Source: an uncultured delta proteobacterium
GTDB lineage: Bacteria > Desulfobacterota > Desulfobacteria > Desulfobacterales > QNYZ01
Assembly: GCA_963845145.1 (NCBI GenBank)
Contig: CAWJQU010000004.1
Span: 288,001-352,000 of the forward strand
DNA: 64,000 nucleotides
Direction: 5' to 3'
Shown one piece after another: positions 9,794 through 19,255 of this stretch. The position numbers and the translations under genes were made by a program. Under the pieces are notes generated by a model. The model worked only from the letters and a program-made list of their open reading frames with translations. It was not told the origin of the DNA and searched no databases. The stretch's first letter is position 1, and every line of letters starts with the position of its first letter.

Positions 9794-10807
9794 ATGGCGA
9801 ACATTTCACTATCCAAGCAAGGGGCGCCTCTGGACACCGGCGCGTTTTCCAAAGTGCCCCCGTTTAGCCTGTCTTTGGCCAGGCATGACCTTAAGCTGCA
9901 AAGAGAAAAGACAGCGACACTGCAAATCAATGTCGGCTTGCTTTGCAACCAGGCGTGTCGACATTGTCATTTAAGCGCGGGCCCGAGTCGGTCGGAAACG
10001 ATGGGACCCGATACGATCGAAGCGGTGGTCGGATATGCATCCAAAGCGCATTTTGAAACCATCGATATTACCGGTGGCGCACCTGAGATGAACCGGCATA
10101 TTACGGATATCATCAAAAGAATGCGACCACTCGCACCCTCTTTGGTGTTCCGATCCAATCTTTCGGTTTTAAATGATGGCGAGCATGCGCCACTCATGGC
10201 ATTGCTGGCCGATCAAAAGGTCGTGATTGTGGCGTCCTTTCCGGCGATAAACGCACACCAGACCAATTCTCAGCGCGGGGATGGTATTTTTGATATCAGT
10301 ATCAGTGCCTTACAAAAACTGAACGCTCTGGGATACGGCCGTGGGGGATCTGGTCTTGAGCTGAATCTTGTGTCCAACCCAACCGGGGCCTTCCTTCCGC
10401 CTTCCCAGGGGCAAACCGAAAAGCGGTTTCGCAAGGTTTTGAAAGATAAATGGGGCATCATTTTTAATAACCTGTTTGGTTTTGCCAACGTGCCTTTGGG
10501 AAGATTTCGCCAATGGTTGGTAAAGTCGAATAATTTGGACATGTATCTGGAAAAACTCGCCGCAGGATTTAACCCCTGTGCCGTAGCCAATGTGATGTGC
10601 CGAACCCTTGTCTCCGTATCCTGGGACGGCTATCTGTTTGATTGTGATTTTAACCTGGCGGCAGGGATTTACATGGGCGGCCGAAAAATACACATTTCCG
10701 ACATGGTCGGCCCGTTCAGCCCCGGTGCGCCCATCGCCACCGCGGACCATTGTTACACTTGTACGGCCGGAGCGGGGTTTACCTGAGGGGGGTCAATTGA
10801 TGCCTGA
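9794..10807 (+). CDS. arsS: Arsenosugar-biosynthesis-type radical SAM selenoprotein (ArsS family), Sec at TGA 10784-10786
   Basis: LCNQACRHC, DITGGAPE, MCRTLVSVSWDGYLFDCDFN. The C-terminus reads HCYTCTAGAGFT-TGA-GGSIDA-stop, matching the family tail CTAGxGSS(C/U)GG. Hairpin after the TGA. Start taken at ATG 9794. Confidence 0.85.
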
Positions 10808-10829
10808 GTTTCAGGCGAACGCTGAGCCC
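10789..10829 (+). promoter_or_regulatory. Candidate bacterial SECIS element of arsS
   Basis: Perfect GCCTGA-GTT-TCAGGC hairpin at 10802-10816, starting 15 nt after the TGA, with an imperfect lower stem GGGGTCA/TGAGCCC. Confidence 0.7.
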
Positions 10830-10840
10830 TTGCGGGCTTG

Positions 10841-11764
10841 TCATGCGGGTTTTTCGTATTTGTACTGTAGGAGAAAATCAAACATCGCTTGAGCGAGAGG
10901 AGAAACGGCTCTTCTTTTATCCCTGATTAAAAAAAAGTAGCGGCGCATGGTGAGCCCCTTGACGCGAAGGATCTTAATCATTCCCGCTTTTATTTCAGTT
11001 TCAACCGCTTTTGATGACAGGATAGATATTCCCAGACCGGATTTAACCCCCTCCTTGACAGCCGTTGACGACCCAAAGCGTGCAATGACTTTCAGTGTTT
11101 CAAGTGATTTTATTGATGAGCCTTTAAGGTATTTTTCAATGATACTTAAGGTCCCCGATCCGGACTCGCGAAGGATAAAGGGCTCTTCCGCCAGTTCTTC
11201 CGGGGAAATGATTTTTCTTTGCGCCCATTGATGACGGTTTGGTAGCGCTACGACGAGTTCATCTTGCCAAATTTCTGTTTGGTCGCAATTCTTGTTGGTG
11301 CTTCGGGACCCGATAATACCCAGTTCGAGTTCAGCGTCTAATACCCGTTTTTCAATCTCCCCTGTATCCGCAATAGACAAAACCGTTGTCACTAGTGGAT
11401 ACTTTTGGCTGAAAGCCCCGATGGCTTTTGGGAGAATATACTCGCCTGGTATGGTGCTCCCCCCCATATTCAACTGGCCGCGCTTCAATCCGAGAAACGC
11501 TTCCATTTCCAATGCCGTGGTTCGTTTCATATCCAATAAGACAACGGCACGTTTGTAGAGCAACTCACCTGCACGGGTCGGTTTAATCCGGCGGCCCATG
11601 CGATCCAATAACTTCGCACCCACCATCTCCTCCAACGAGGCGACCCGATCGCTGACCGTGGGCTGTGTCAAATAAATGGCTTCGGCCGCCTTGGAAAAAC
11701 TTCCCAGTTCAACGACTTTACAGAAAATTTCGAGGCGTCGAAAATCAAAATCGATGGTTGTCAT
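10841..11764 (-). CDS. LysR-family transcriptional regulator (CysL-like, selenium-metabolism-associated type)
   Basis: HTH GSFSKAAEAIYLTQPTVS, GGSTIPGEYILP, RESGSGT and SSTAVKEGV; the subtype is inferred from motifs and context. Confidence 0.85.
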   Translation of the reverse strand: MTTIDFDFRRLEIFCKVVELGSFSKAAEAIYLTQPTVSDRVASLEEMVGAKLLDRMGRRIKPTRAGELLYKRAVVLLDMKRTTALEMEAFLGLKRGQLNMGGSTIPGEYILPKAIGAFSQKYPLVTTVLSIADTGEIEKRVLDAELELGIIGSRSTNKNCDQTEIWQDELVVALPNRHQWAQRKIISPEELAEEPFILRESGSGTLSIIEKYLKGSSIKSLETLKVIARFGSSTAVKEGVKSGLGISILSSKAVETEIKAGMIKILRVKGLTMRRYFFLIRDKRRAVSPLAQAMFDFLLQYKYEKPA

Positions 11765-11860
11765 AAGATAGTATCTCTACTTGAAGCGCAACCCACTTTC
11801 CCAGCTTGGGTTTTAGAAGTAGCCGTATATGTTGATTCTGGTTCAGTGGGCATGTCCGCG

Positions 11861-12274
11861 TTATTTTTCTTCCACTGGAAATTTGGCTTTGGACCACGCT
11901 TTCCATCCACCTTGTAGTGCAAAAACCTTTTGATACCCTAAATCGCTGAGTAGCCTGGCCACACGGGCACTGGTTGCTTCGTGCGGTCAGGCGCAATAGG
12001 TGACCAATGTGTTCTCTTTTGAAAACTTTGAAGCCCAGGTCTTAACCTTGGTCGGATCTTCCCGGACGGCCCCTTTAATTTTTAATGGGCTTATTTCCCA
12101 GTCCTTTATGTCTCGCACGTCGATGACGACCACGTCAGGATTTTCCAGTTTATCATTTAACGTCTCTATGGTTATTTTTAAACCCTCGCCCGCCGAGACA
12201 TAAGGCGGCCCTGAGATAAAAAGGGTCAAAGTGATAATCAGGCCCAGAATATATTTTCTCTTCACTTGCATCAT
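11861..12274 (-). CDS. Exported rhodanese-like selenoprotein, Sec at TGA 11987-11989
   Basis: Signal peptide, VIDVR, IKGA, then YCA-TGA-PHEATSARVARLLSDLGYQKVFALQGGWKAW...FPVEEK-TAA. The rhodanese C-terminal signature (L.GG...W) lies after the TGA in the same frame. Confidence 0.85.
11959..11986 (-). promoter_or_regulatory. Candidate SECIS element of the rhodanese selenoprotein
   Basis: Right after the TGA on the minus strand: CCGCACG-AA-GCA-ACCAG-TGC-C-CGTGTGG, a two-part stem-loop with one G-U pair. Confidence 0.55.
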
Positions 12275-12549
12275 CCCTCTCCTTTTATCAGGCAGTTACA
12301 GCATATAATACCTTACTATATACTAAGTTAAGTGGCCGATTAGCATTGTCAATTTCGCTGGTTATACCCGGCGATGGTCACCTTTTCGGTCCCAATTGAG
12401 TACCAGGCCGTTTCCGGCCCTTGTTATAGCCTCCTGAGCGTCTGATTCTTGAAATGTACTCAAATCGACACCATCTTAGTGTTTCTATAAACAGGCCACC
12501 AATGAGAATATCTGCACAGCCTGAAAGACCCGGAAAAGGTAGGTTTGAA

Positions 12550-14862
12550 ATGAATGCTGTCCAGAGACAGTTACCATTACTTATCATGTTTTCCCTGTTG
12601 ATACTATTATATCTAGCCGACGACGTTGCTGCAAAGGAGCCCGTTATGCCATATCCACCCGAGTTGAAACAAAAACTGGCGGAAGCCTTGACTGCTAAGG
12701 GTGCGAACTACAAACCTCGCACCAAGCACCTGTTAGATGACGGTCGACCCAAATATACCAACCGGCTAATTCTTGAAGGGTCACCCTATCTCTTACAGCA
12801 TGCCCATAATCCGGTAGACTGGTTTGCCTGGGGCGATGAAGCGTTTGAAACAGCTAAAAATTTAGGCCGACCTGTGTTGCTCTCTGTTGGATATTCCACC
12901 TGCCATTGGTGTCATGTCATGGAAGAAGAGTCCTTCGAGGATGAAGAAGTCGCGCAATTTATGAATGAAAATTATATTCCCATTAAGGTCGACCGAGAAG
13001 AACGCCCGGATGTCGACGCCATCTATATGGCGGGGGTGCAAGCTATTGCCGGGAGCGGCGGTTGGCCCATGACCGTTTGGTTGACGCCTGATCGCCGACC
13101 GTTTTACGGGGGAACCTATTTTCCGGCACGGGACGGGGATCGCGGAGCACCCGTCGGGTTTCTCACACTATTGAAAAAAATATCCGCTATGTATCACGCT
13201 GAACAAAACAAAATTCAGGAAGCGGGTGAAGCGTTGACCCATGCCATTCAAAAGCAACTTCGGCCGGTCGCCGGGGACCATTTACCGGGTACGGAACTGT
13301 TGCATAAAGTCATGGAGAATTACCAAGCGTATCATGATTCCCAAAATGGCGGCATGAGCGGTAAACCAAAATTTCCCAGCAATTTACCGGTGCGGCTTCT
13401 ATTGCGCTACCATCGTCGTACCGGGAATGAAAAGATTTTACACATCGCTCGGCTGACGCTGGAAAAAATGGCAGCCGGTGGGATCTACGACCATGTGGGC
13501 GGCGGGTTTCACCGCTATGCCACCGATAACATATGGCTGGTCCCCCATTTCGAAAAGATGCTTTACGATAACGCTCTTTTGGTGATGGATTATCTGGAAG
13601 GCTATCAGGTGACAGGCGAGGATGATTTTAAACGGATTGTCGAAGAAGTACTCCACTATGTGAAACGGGATATGACTTCTCCTTTGGGGGCATTTTACTC
13701 TGCCACGGACGCCGACAGTTTAAATCTCGAGGGCCACCGGGAAGAGGGCTATTATTTTACCTGGACCCCGGAGGAACTGGCGTCGGTTCTGGGAAACGAC
13801 CGGGCGAAGATCGTGAAGGCTTTTTATGCCGTAGGGAAAACGCCCAATTTCGAAGGGCGTCATATTCTTCATACACCTAAACCCGTAGCCGATATCGTCA
13901 AGGCCCTTGATATCTCAAAAGAGACGCTGCTGACAACCATTGCCGAGGCTCGGGAAATCCTTTACCAAAAGCGGAATCAACGCCCCCTGCCGTTAAGGGA
14001 CGAAAAAATCCTGACGGCCTGGAACGGACTGATGATTTCGGCCTACGCTAAGGCCGGCCTCATTTTAGGCGATGCCCAATATACGCAGCAAGGGGTGCAG
14101 GCAGCAAAATTTATTCTGAAAAACCTGTATCTAAAAGGAAAATTATACCGCAGTTACAAAGACGGCCAAGCCCGTCATGCGGCTTATCTGGACGACTTCG
14201 CTTTTTTTATCGCAGCGCTTATCGATCTGTATGAAGCGACCCAGGATATCGAGTGGCTGAAGCAGGCCATAGCGCTGGATCAGATTCTCCAGGTTCACTA
14301 TGAGGATCGGGAAAACGGTGGTTTTTTTATGACTGCAAAGGGGCAGAAAGGGCTCATTGCCCGGGAAAAACCCAACTATGACGGCGCCGAACCTTCGGGC
14401 AATTCCGTTGCTTTGTTGAATCTGTTGAAGTTAGGTGAATATACAACGAAAGATGATTATCGGGTACGGGCGGAAAAGATGCTGACCGCCTTTTTGGGCG
14501 GCTCGTCATCACAACCGATGGGCTTGTCTCAAATGCTGATTGCACTTGATTTTCAATCCGACCAGGCCAAGGAGATTGTCATTGTGTCCCCTTCGGGCAA
14601 GGCTGAAGAAGCCGAGTTGTACCTTGCAGAATTCAGGCGCCTTTTTTTGCCGAATCGTATCTTAACGGTGGCCGAGGAAGGCGAAGAAGTCGAATCGCAT
14701 GCAGCCTTGATACCGGTGGCCGGTAAAAAATCGGTGCTCATGGGAAAAGCCACAGCCTATGTGTGCTTAAAAGGCGTTTGTAAGTTACCGGCCACGGATC
14801 CGACCTTATTTAAGGCGCAGCTTAGTGAGGTGGAAATAGTAACTGAACCGGACAATAAATGA
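12550..14862 (+). CDS. YyaL/SSP411 (DUF255) thioredoxin-domain protein with glycoside-hydrolase-like helical barrel
   Basis: [48 protein letters not shown] and [16 protein letters not shown] 12550 gives a signal-peptide-like N-terminus (ORF track starts at 12454). Confidence 0.9.
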   Translation: MNAVQRQLPLLIMFSLLILLYLADDVAAKEPVMPYPPELKQKLAEALTAKGANYKPRTKHLLDDGRPKYTNRLILEGSPYLLQHAHNPVDWFAWGDEAFETAKNLGRPVLLSVGYSTCHWCHVMEEESFEDEEVAQFMNENYIPIKVDREERPDVDAIYMAGVQAIAGSGGWPMTVWLTPDRRPFYGGTYFPARDGDRGAPVGFLTLLKKISAMYHAEQNKIQEAGEALTHAIQKQLRPVAGDHLPGTELLHKVMENYQAYHDSQNGGMSGKPKFPSNLPVRLLLRYHRRTGNEKILHIARLTLEKMAAGGIYDHVGGGFHRYATDNIWLVPHFEKMLYDNALLVMDYLEGYQVTGEDDFKRIVEEVLHYVKRDMTSPLGAFYSATDADSLNLEGHREEGYYFTWTPEELASVLGNDRAKIVKAFYAVGKTPNFEGRHILHTPKPVADIVKALDISKETLLTTIAEAREILYQKRNQRPLPLRDEKILTAWNGLMISAYAKAGLILGDAQYTQQGVQAAKFILKNLYLKGKLYRSYKDGQARHAAYLDDFAFFIAALIDLYEATQDIEWLKQAIALDQILQVHYEDRENGGFFMTAKGQKGLIAREKPNYDGAEPSGNSVALLNLLKLGEYTTKDDYRVRAEKMLTAFLGGSSSQPMGLSQMLIALDFQSDQAKEIVIVSPSGKAEEAELYLAEFRRLFLPNRILTVAEEGEEVESHAALIPVAGKKSVLMGKATAYVCLKGVCKLPATDPTLFKAQLSEVEIVTEPDNK

Positions 14863-15098
14863 CGGATTATAACGCCAGCCATAAGGCCCTTTTGGAAGAA
14901 TATGGAGGCACAGCACTTCCTTTTGCACTGCTCATAGCGCCGGATGGAAATGTAAAATGGAGATTTACCGGAATGTTTTCGGCCACGGCCCTGATCCAGG
15001 CCATCCATGATGTGTCGAAACCATAACCGTATTTGATTTAGTCGTCACCCCAAGGTATTGTAGCGTTGGTGGGTAATGGTCATGTGAGGTGTTAAACA

Positions 15099-15890
15099 AT
15101 GAGCGTCGATTTGCGACAGTTGAAAAATAGAGCTGCAGCCAGGCTGTTAACAAAGTACCCGGTTTTGCTCGACCAATGGGCTAAAAGTGCGCCGATAATT
15201 ACCTTCTCGGATACGCCCTGGTCGCCACTCGTGACCAAGATCAATCAGTGCCGTCTGGCGCTCGTTACCACCGGAGGGGTGCGTCTTGAATCCCAGGAAC
15301 CATTTGATATGCATGACCCGGATGGCGATCCCGGTTTTCGGGAAATCCCCAACAGTGCTTCTTTATCGGACTTAACCATTACGCATAATTATTATGACGG
15401 TAGAGATGCCGAGGAAGATATCAATATTATTTTCCCGATCCATCGTGTGGCCGATTTGAAGCAAGCCGGTGAGATAAAATCGGTCAATCATCGGCATTTC
15501 TCCTTCATGGGACACATTAAAGGGCATCATATCGATACACTGGTGGAAAAGAGCGCACCGAAGGTGGCCGCCGCGCTCAAAAAGGACGATGTCGACATCG
15601 TCATTCTGACGCCGGGATGAGGTTTGTGTAATCAATCCGTTGGGTTGATTCAACGTGTCATCGAGCAAGAGAAGATCAGCACCATATCCATCTCTTTATC
15701 CCGCGAGGTAACCCGAAAGGTTCGACCGCCCAGGGCGTTATTCCCGGGATTTCCCATGGGCCATCCCATCGGTTATCCCTATCAGGTAGATCAACAATTA
15801 AATGTATTGCGTTATTTATTGTATTGCCTGGAGACGATAACAAAACCTGGAATCCTGGTAGAAGTGGACTTAGGGCAATCCAAGATTTAA
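15099..15890 (+). CDS. Glycine/sarcosine/betaine/D-proline reductase selenoprotein B-like protein (PrdB-like), Sec at TGA 15618-15620
   Basis: ORFs 15099-15620 and 15624-15890 are in the same frame. The junction reads ILTPG-TGA-GLCNQSVGLIQRVIE (UxxC). Also ALVTTGG, THNYYD, DINIIFP, FSFMG and PPRAL..FPMGHP. Confidence 0.85.
15630..15650 (+). promoter_or_regulatory. Candidate SECIS element of the PrdB-like gene
   Basis: AATCAATCC-GTT-GGGTTGATT, a 9-bp stem with one G-U pair, starting 9 nt after the TGA. Confidence 0.7.
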
Positions 15891-15928
15891 GTCCATCCCG
15901 TCCAATGATTTAAGTCTAATAGGTTTGC

Positions 15929-16735
15929 ATGGCCATGAAGGTTAAGCAGGATACCCTATTCAAAACGGTCGCTTTCGAATTAACACATTTCATTTACGGT
16001 TTTCTGCTAATTTTTGGCTTGATCATTTTTTCATATTCTCTATCGGCTGCCCAGGAAGAATTGCGGGTCGGACATTTTTCCAACACCCGACCGGGTGACG
16101 GCCTCCCCGATGGTTGGGAACCGCTGTTATTTAAAAGAATCGAACAACATACAAAATATACTCTGGTCAAGGATTCCGGCCAGACCGTCGTAAGAGCGGA
16201 TAGCAAGGCCAGTTCATCAGGATTGATTCGGCATGTTCAAATCGACCCTAAAAAATATTCGACCATTGAGTGGCGCTGGAAGATTTCCAATACTTACGAA
16301 AAGGGAGATGTTACCCGAAAAGAAGGCGATGATTATCCAGCCCGGATCTATATTGCCTTTGAATTCGACCCGAAAGAAGCCGGCACATTGGAAAGGACCA
16401 AGTATCGAGCGCTTGAGATTATTTTTGGAAAAAAACCGCCTGTCGCTGCAATCAACTATATCTGGGCCAGCAAAGCCCTGGAGGGCACCGTGGTGCCGAG
16501 CCCGTATACAGGGCAATCCATGATGATCGTGGTACAAAGCGGAGAAGCGAAAACAAACCAATGGATCACCGTAAAGCGCGACATCGTTGCTGACTACATG
16601 GCTGCTTTTGGGGAAAAACCACCGATGATTTCAGCTATTGCCATTATGACCGACAGCAATGATACCGGGGAGGCTGCCATCGGGTACTATGGCGATATCG
16701 TCATGAAAGCCCAGACCAGGGGGTTTTCGAAGTAA
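15929..16735 (+). CDS. DUF3047-family exported protein
   Basis: N-terminal hydrophobic segment; WRWKI, KEGDDYPARIY, INYIW and AIMTDSNDTG motifs. Confidence 0.85.
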   Translation: MAMKVKQDTLFKTVAFELTHFIYGFLLIFGLIIFSYSLSAAQEELRVGHFSNTRPGDGLPDGWEPLLFKRIEQHTKYTLVKDSGQTVVRADSKASSSGLIRHVQIDPKKYSTIEWRWKISNTYEKGDVTRKEGDDYPARIYIAFEFDPKEAGTLERTKYRALEIIFGKKPPVAAINYIWASKALEGTVVPSPYTGQSMMIVVQSGEAKTNQWITVKRDIVADYMAAFGEKPPMISAIAIMTDSNDTGEAAIGYYGDIVMKAQTRGFSK

Positions 16736-16804
16736 AAAATCGAATAGTGTTTCCGAAATCCTGTTTTATTTTGCCGTATCTAAATGCTTTAGAGGAGAAT
16801 TTCC

Positions 16805-17833
16805 ATGCAAGCGTTAACCTTTGACGATGTCCTTTTAGTCCCCTCATACAACCATTGGGAGTCCCGCAGGGTTGTGGATATTTCGATAACCAGTAAAGCT
16901 GGAAAACTCGTTTTGGGTTTACCGTTGATGACATCCAATATGGATACGGTTACCGAGGACAAGATGGCCAATTTTATTGGTGAAAAAGGGGGGATGGGTG
17001 TTCTGCATCGTTTTATGACCATCGAAAGAAATATTGAGGTCTTTAAAGCATGTCGATTCCCCGCGTTTGTCTCCATCGGGTGCGCGGCCGAAGATTTCGA
17101 AAGGGCCGAGGCCTTAAAAGATGCCGGTGCGGATTTGTTCTGTATGGATGTGGCCCACGCCCATGCCCGCTATGTGGGTAAAACCATGAAAAAGATTCGC
17201 GCTTTACTGGGAAAGGAGTCCTGCATCATGGTGGGTAATGTGGCAACCTACGCTGGAGCCGATTATCTGGCGTCGTGCGGTGCGGACATCATTAAAGTTG
17301 GTATTGGCGGCGGATCGGTGTGTACCACCCGCATAAAGACTGGTTTTGGCGTGCCTAACCTGACAGCCATCAAATCGTGCGCACGAGTGGATCGCTCCAT
17401 CGTAGCCGATGGCGGGATCCGTACACCGGGTGATATCGTTAAAGCCTTAGCGTTTGGTGCGGATTTTGTCATGCTGGGCGGCATGTTTTCCGGAACACGC
17501 CCCACGCCGGGCCCGGTGCTGGAACGAAAAGATGAACAGGGTAACATTAAAAAAATAAAAATTTACAGAGGCATGGCCAGCAGCGAGGCGCAGGAAGAAT
17601 TCCATGGCGAAATGGCCGATTGGAAAACCGCCGAAGGTGTGGCAACCGAAATTCCCTATCTTGAAACCGAGGATGCCATTGTTGCCGATATCATTGGCGG
17701 CTTGCGATCGGGGCTAACCTATGGTGGCGCCGCCACCATTCGCGAACTACAACGCAAACTGGATTATATTGAAATCACGCCGGCCGGCCGGATAGAGAGT
17801 CTGGCACATCGGCAATTCAGGGATGGAAACTAA
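16805..17833 (+). CDS. GMP reductase / IMP dehydrogenase family enzyme lacking CBS domains
   Basis: LTFDDVLLVP, SNMDTV, DVAHAH, KVGIGGGSVCTTR (catalytic Cys), ADGGI, YRGMAS and GLRSG; GAGGAG RBS. Confidence 0.88.
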   Translation: MQALTFDDVLLVPSYNHWESRRVVDISITSKAGKLVLGLPLMTSNMDTVTEDKMANFIGEKGGMGVLHRFMTIERNIEVFKACRFPAFVSIGCAAEDFERAEALKDAGADLFCMDVAHAHARYVGKTMKKIRALLGKESCIMVGNVATYAGADYLASCGADIIKVGIGGGSVCTTRIKTGFGVPNLTAIKSCARVDRSIVADGGIRTPGDIVKALAFGADFVMLGGMFSGTRPTPGPVLERKDEQGNIKKIKIYRGMASSEAQEEFHGEMADWKTAEGVATEIPYLETEDAIVADIIGGLRSGLTYGGAATIRELQRKLDYIEITPAGRIESLAHRQFRDGN

Positions 17834-17858
17834 CATGTTAGTACCTTAAGATCATTAC

Positions 17859-18995
17859 TCATCGGCCAAATGAAACCTGTGCCAGCCAATTGGCCGCTGC
17901 CCGGACCTCAATACCATTGGGAAATGTCTTTTCCTTTTGTAGATTTTTAACGATTTGTATCTTTTTGATATTCGTCAGGTAGTTGTTAAAGTGGGTAAAG
18001 TGTTTGCTTGGATGACCATCGCTCCATTTCACCTCCAATAGCATACAGGGGGTTTCATTTTTAACGATTAAAAAATCAATCTTTTTGCCATCTTTGGTTC
18101 TCACGAAATGGAGTCCCACTGACTCTCCATAACAATCCTGCCGGTAGTGGGCTTCCTTTAACAAGGCGCAGGCCGTAAGATTTTCAAGTTTAATCCCATC
18201 ATCGCCGATGACCTGACCGGTGTCGTAAAAATATATTTTTGGCGCTTTGACCAGTGATCGGGCGATATTTTTATGATAGGGCGTTACCCGAAAAATCACA
18301 TACATATTCTCCAAGATGGTAAGCCAGCGTTTAATTGTTTTATCCGAACATTGCAGGTCCTCAGATAGTGATTTGTAAGAAACAGGAGCGCCAACCCGCT
18401 TTCGCAACAGCTGAATCAGTGTTTCTATAGTGCTGATGTGGCGAACGCTTTCCAAGTCAAGCAGGTCTTGCCGCAATATAATGTCCAGGTGAGATCGTTT
18501 CCAGCGATTGTAAAAACGATTATCGCCCTTTAGGTACGGCTCGGGGAACCCACTCACCGCCATCAGTGTCTTCAACGCAGTATCCAGATCTTCCGTTTGC
18601 AGTGCAGTACGTATCTCTTTTAAATCCAGGGGGTGAAGCCGATACTGAAAAAAGCGGCCAGCCAGAGAGTCCCCCATTTTTTTATAGGTGTCCAGTTTGG
18701 CACTGCCCGTTACCAGCATCGAAGGCGGCCTTTTTTCGGTATCATATATGCCCTTTAACCATGATTTCCACTGTTTCATTTTGTGTAATTCATCAAAAAT
18801 AACCAGTGGTTTCGATCGATCCCAGCTTTTTTCAAGCAAGTCAAGGCGGTGTTCGGCATTATCAAAATTATAATAGTCGTAACTGTCCGAAAGCATTTTT
18901 GACAGCGTGGTTTTACCGCTCTGACGCGGTCCTGTAAGCATCACGATTTTTTCTGGAAAATCGACTTTGATATATTTTTCAAGGGTTCTGCGCAT
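17859..18995 (-). CDS. AAA_14 ATPase with DUF4143 domain
   Basis: GPRQSGKTT, FDELH, TGSA, SLAGR, KIYFYDTG, EN and a C-terminal DF...EVK nuclease-like motif. Confidence 0.9.
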   Translation of the reverse strand: MRRTLEKYIKVDFPEKIVMLTGPRQSGKTTLSKMLSDSYDYYNFDNAEHRLDLLEKSWDRSKPLVIFDELHKMKQWKSWLKGIYDTEKRPPSMLVTGSAKLDTYKKMGDSLAGRFFQYRLHPLDLKEIRTALQTEDLDTALKTLMAVSGFPEPYLKGDNRFYNRWKRSHLDIILRQDLLDLESVRHISTIETLIQLLRKRVGAPVSYKSLSEDLQCSDKTIKRWLTILENMYVIFRVTPYHKNIARSLVKAPKIYFYDTGQVIGDDGIKLENLTACALLKEAHYRQDCYGESVGLHFVRTKDGKKIDFLIVKNETPCMLLEVKWSDGHPSKHFTHFNNYLTNIKKIQIVKNLQKEKTFPNGIEVRAAANWLAQVSFGR

Positions 18996-19030
18996 GTTGA
19001 CTAAAATGCTATATAATCCGAAAAAGTCAA

Positions 19031-19060
19031 GACTATTTCGGATTTAAGATCGAAATAGTC
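19031..19060. promoter_or_regulatory. Perfect 10-10-10 inverted repeat upstream of the AAA_14 gene (operator-like)
   Basis: GACTATTTCG-GATTTAAGAT-CGAAATAGTC, 36 bp before the start codon. Confidence 0.5.
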
Positions 19061-19255
19061 ATTGTGGGAGGCGGTTGGGTTCTGCGGAACTACCCAAGGA
19101 ACTCGAAATTATGTCGGTATCGAATTCTCTTTGCTCAAAATGCAATATGGAAGTGATAACAGGGATGTTTTCATTATCTGCTGGAGCAATAATTTCTCGC
19201 TTTGCCCATCAAATGATATAAGGATGATGCGTTGTGCCGATCTGCACAGACAACG

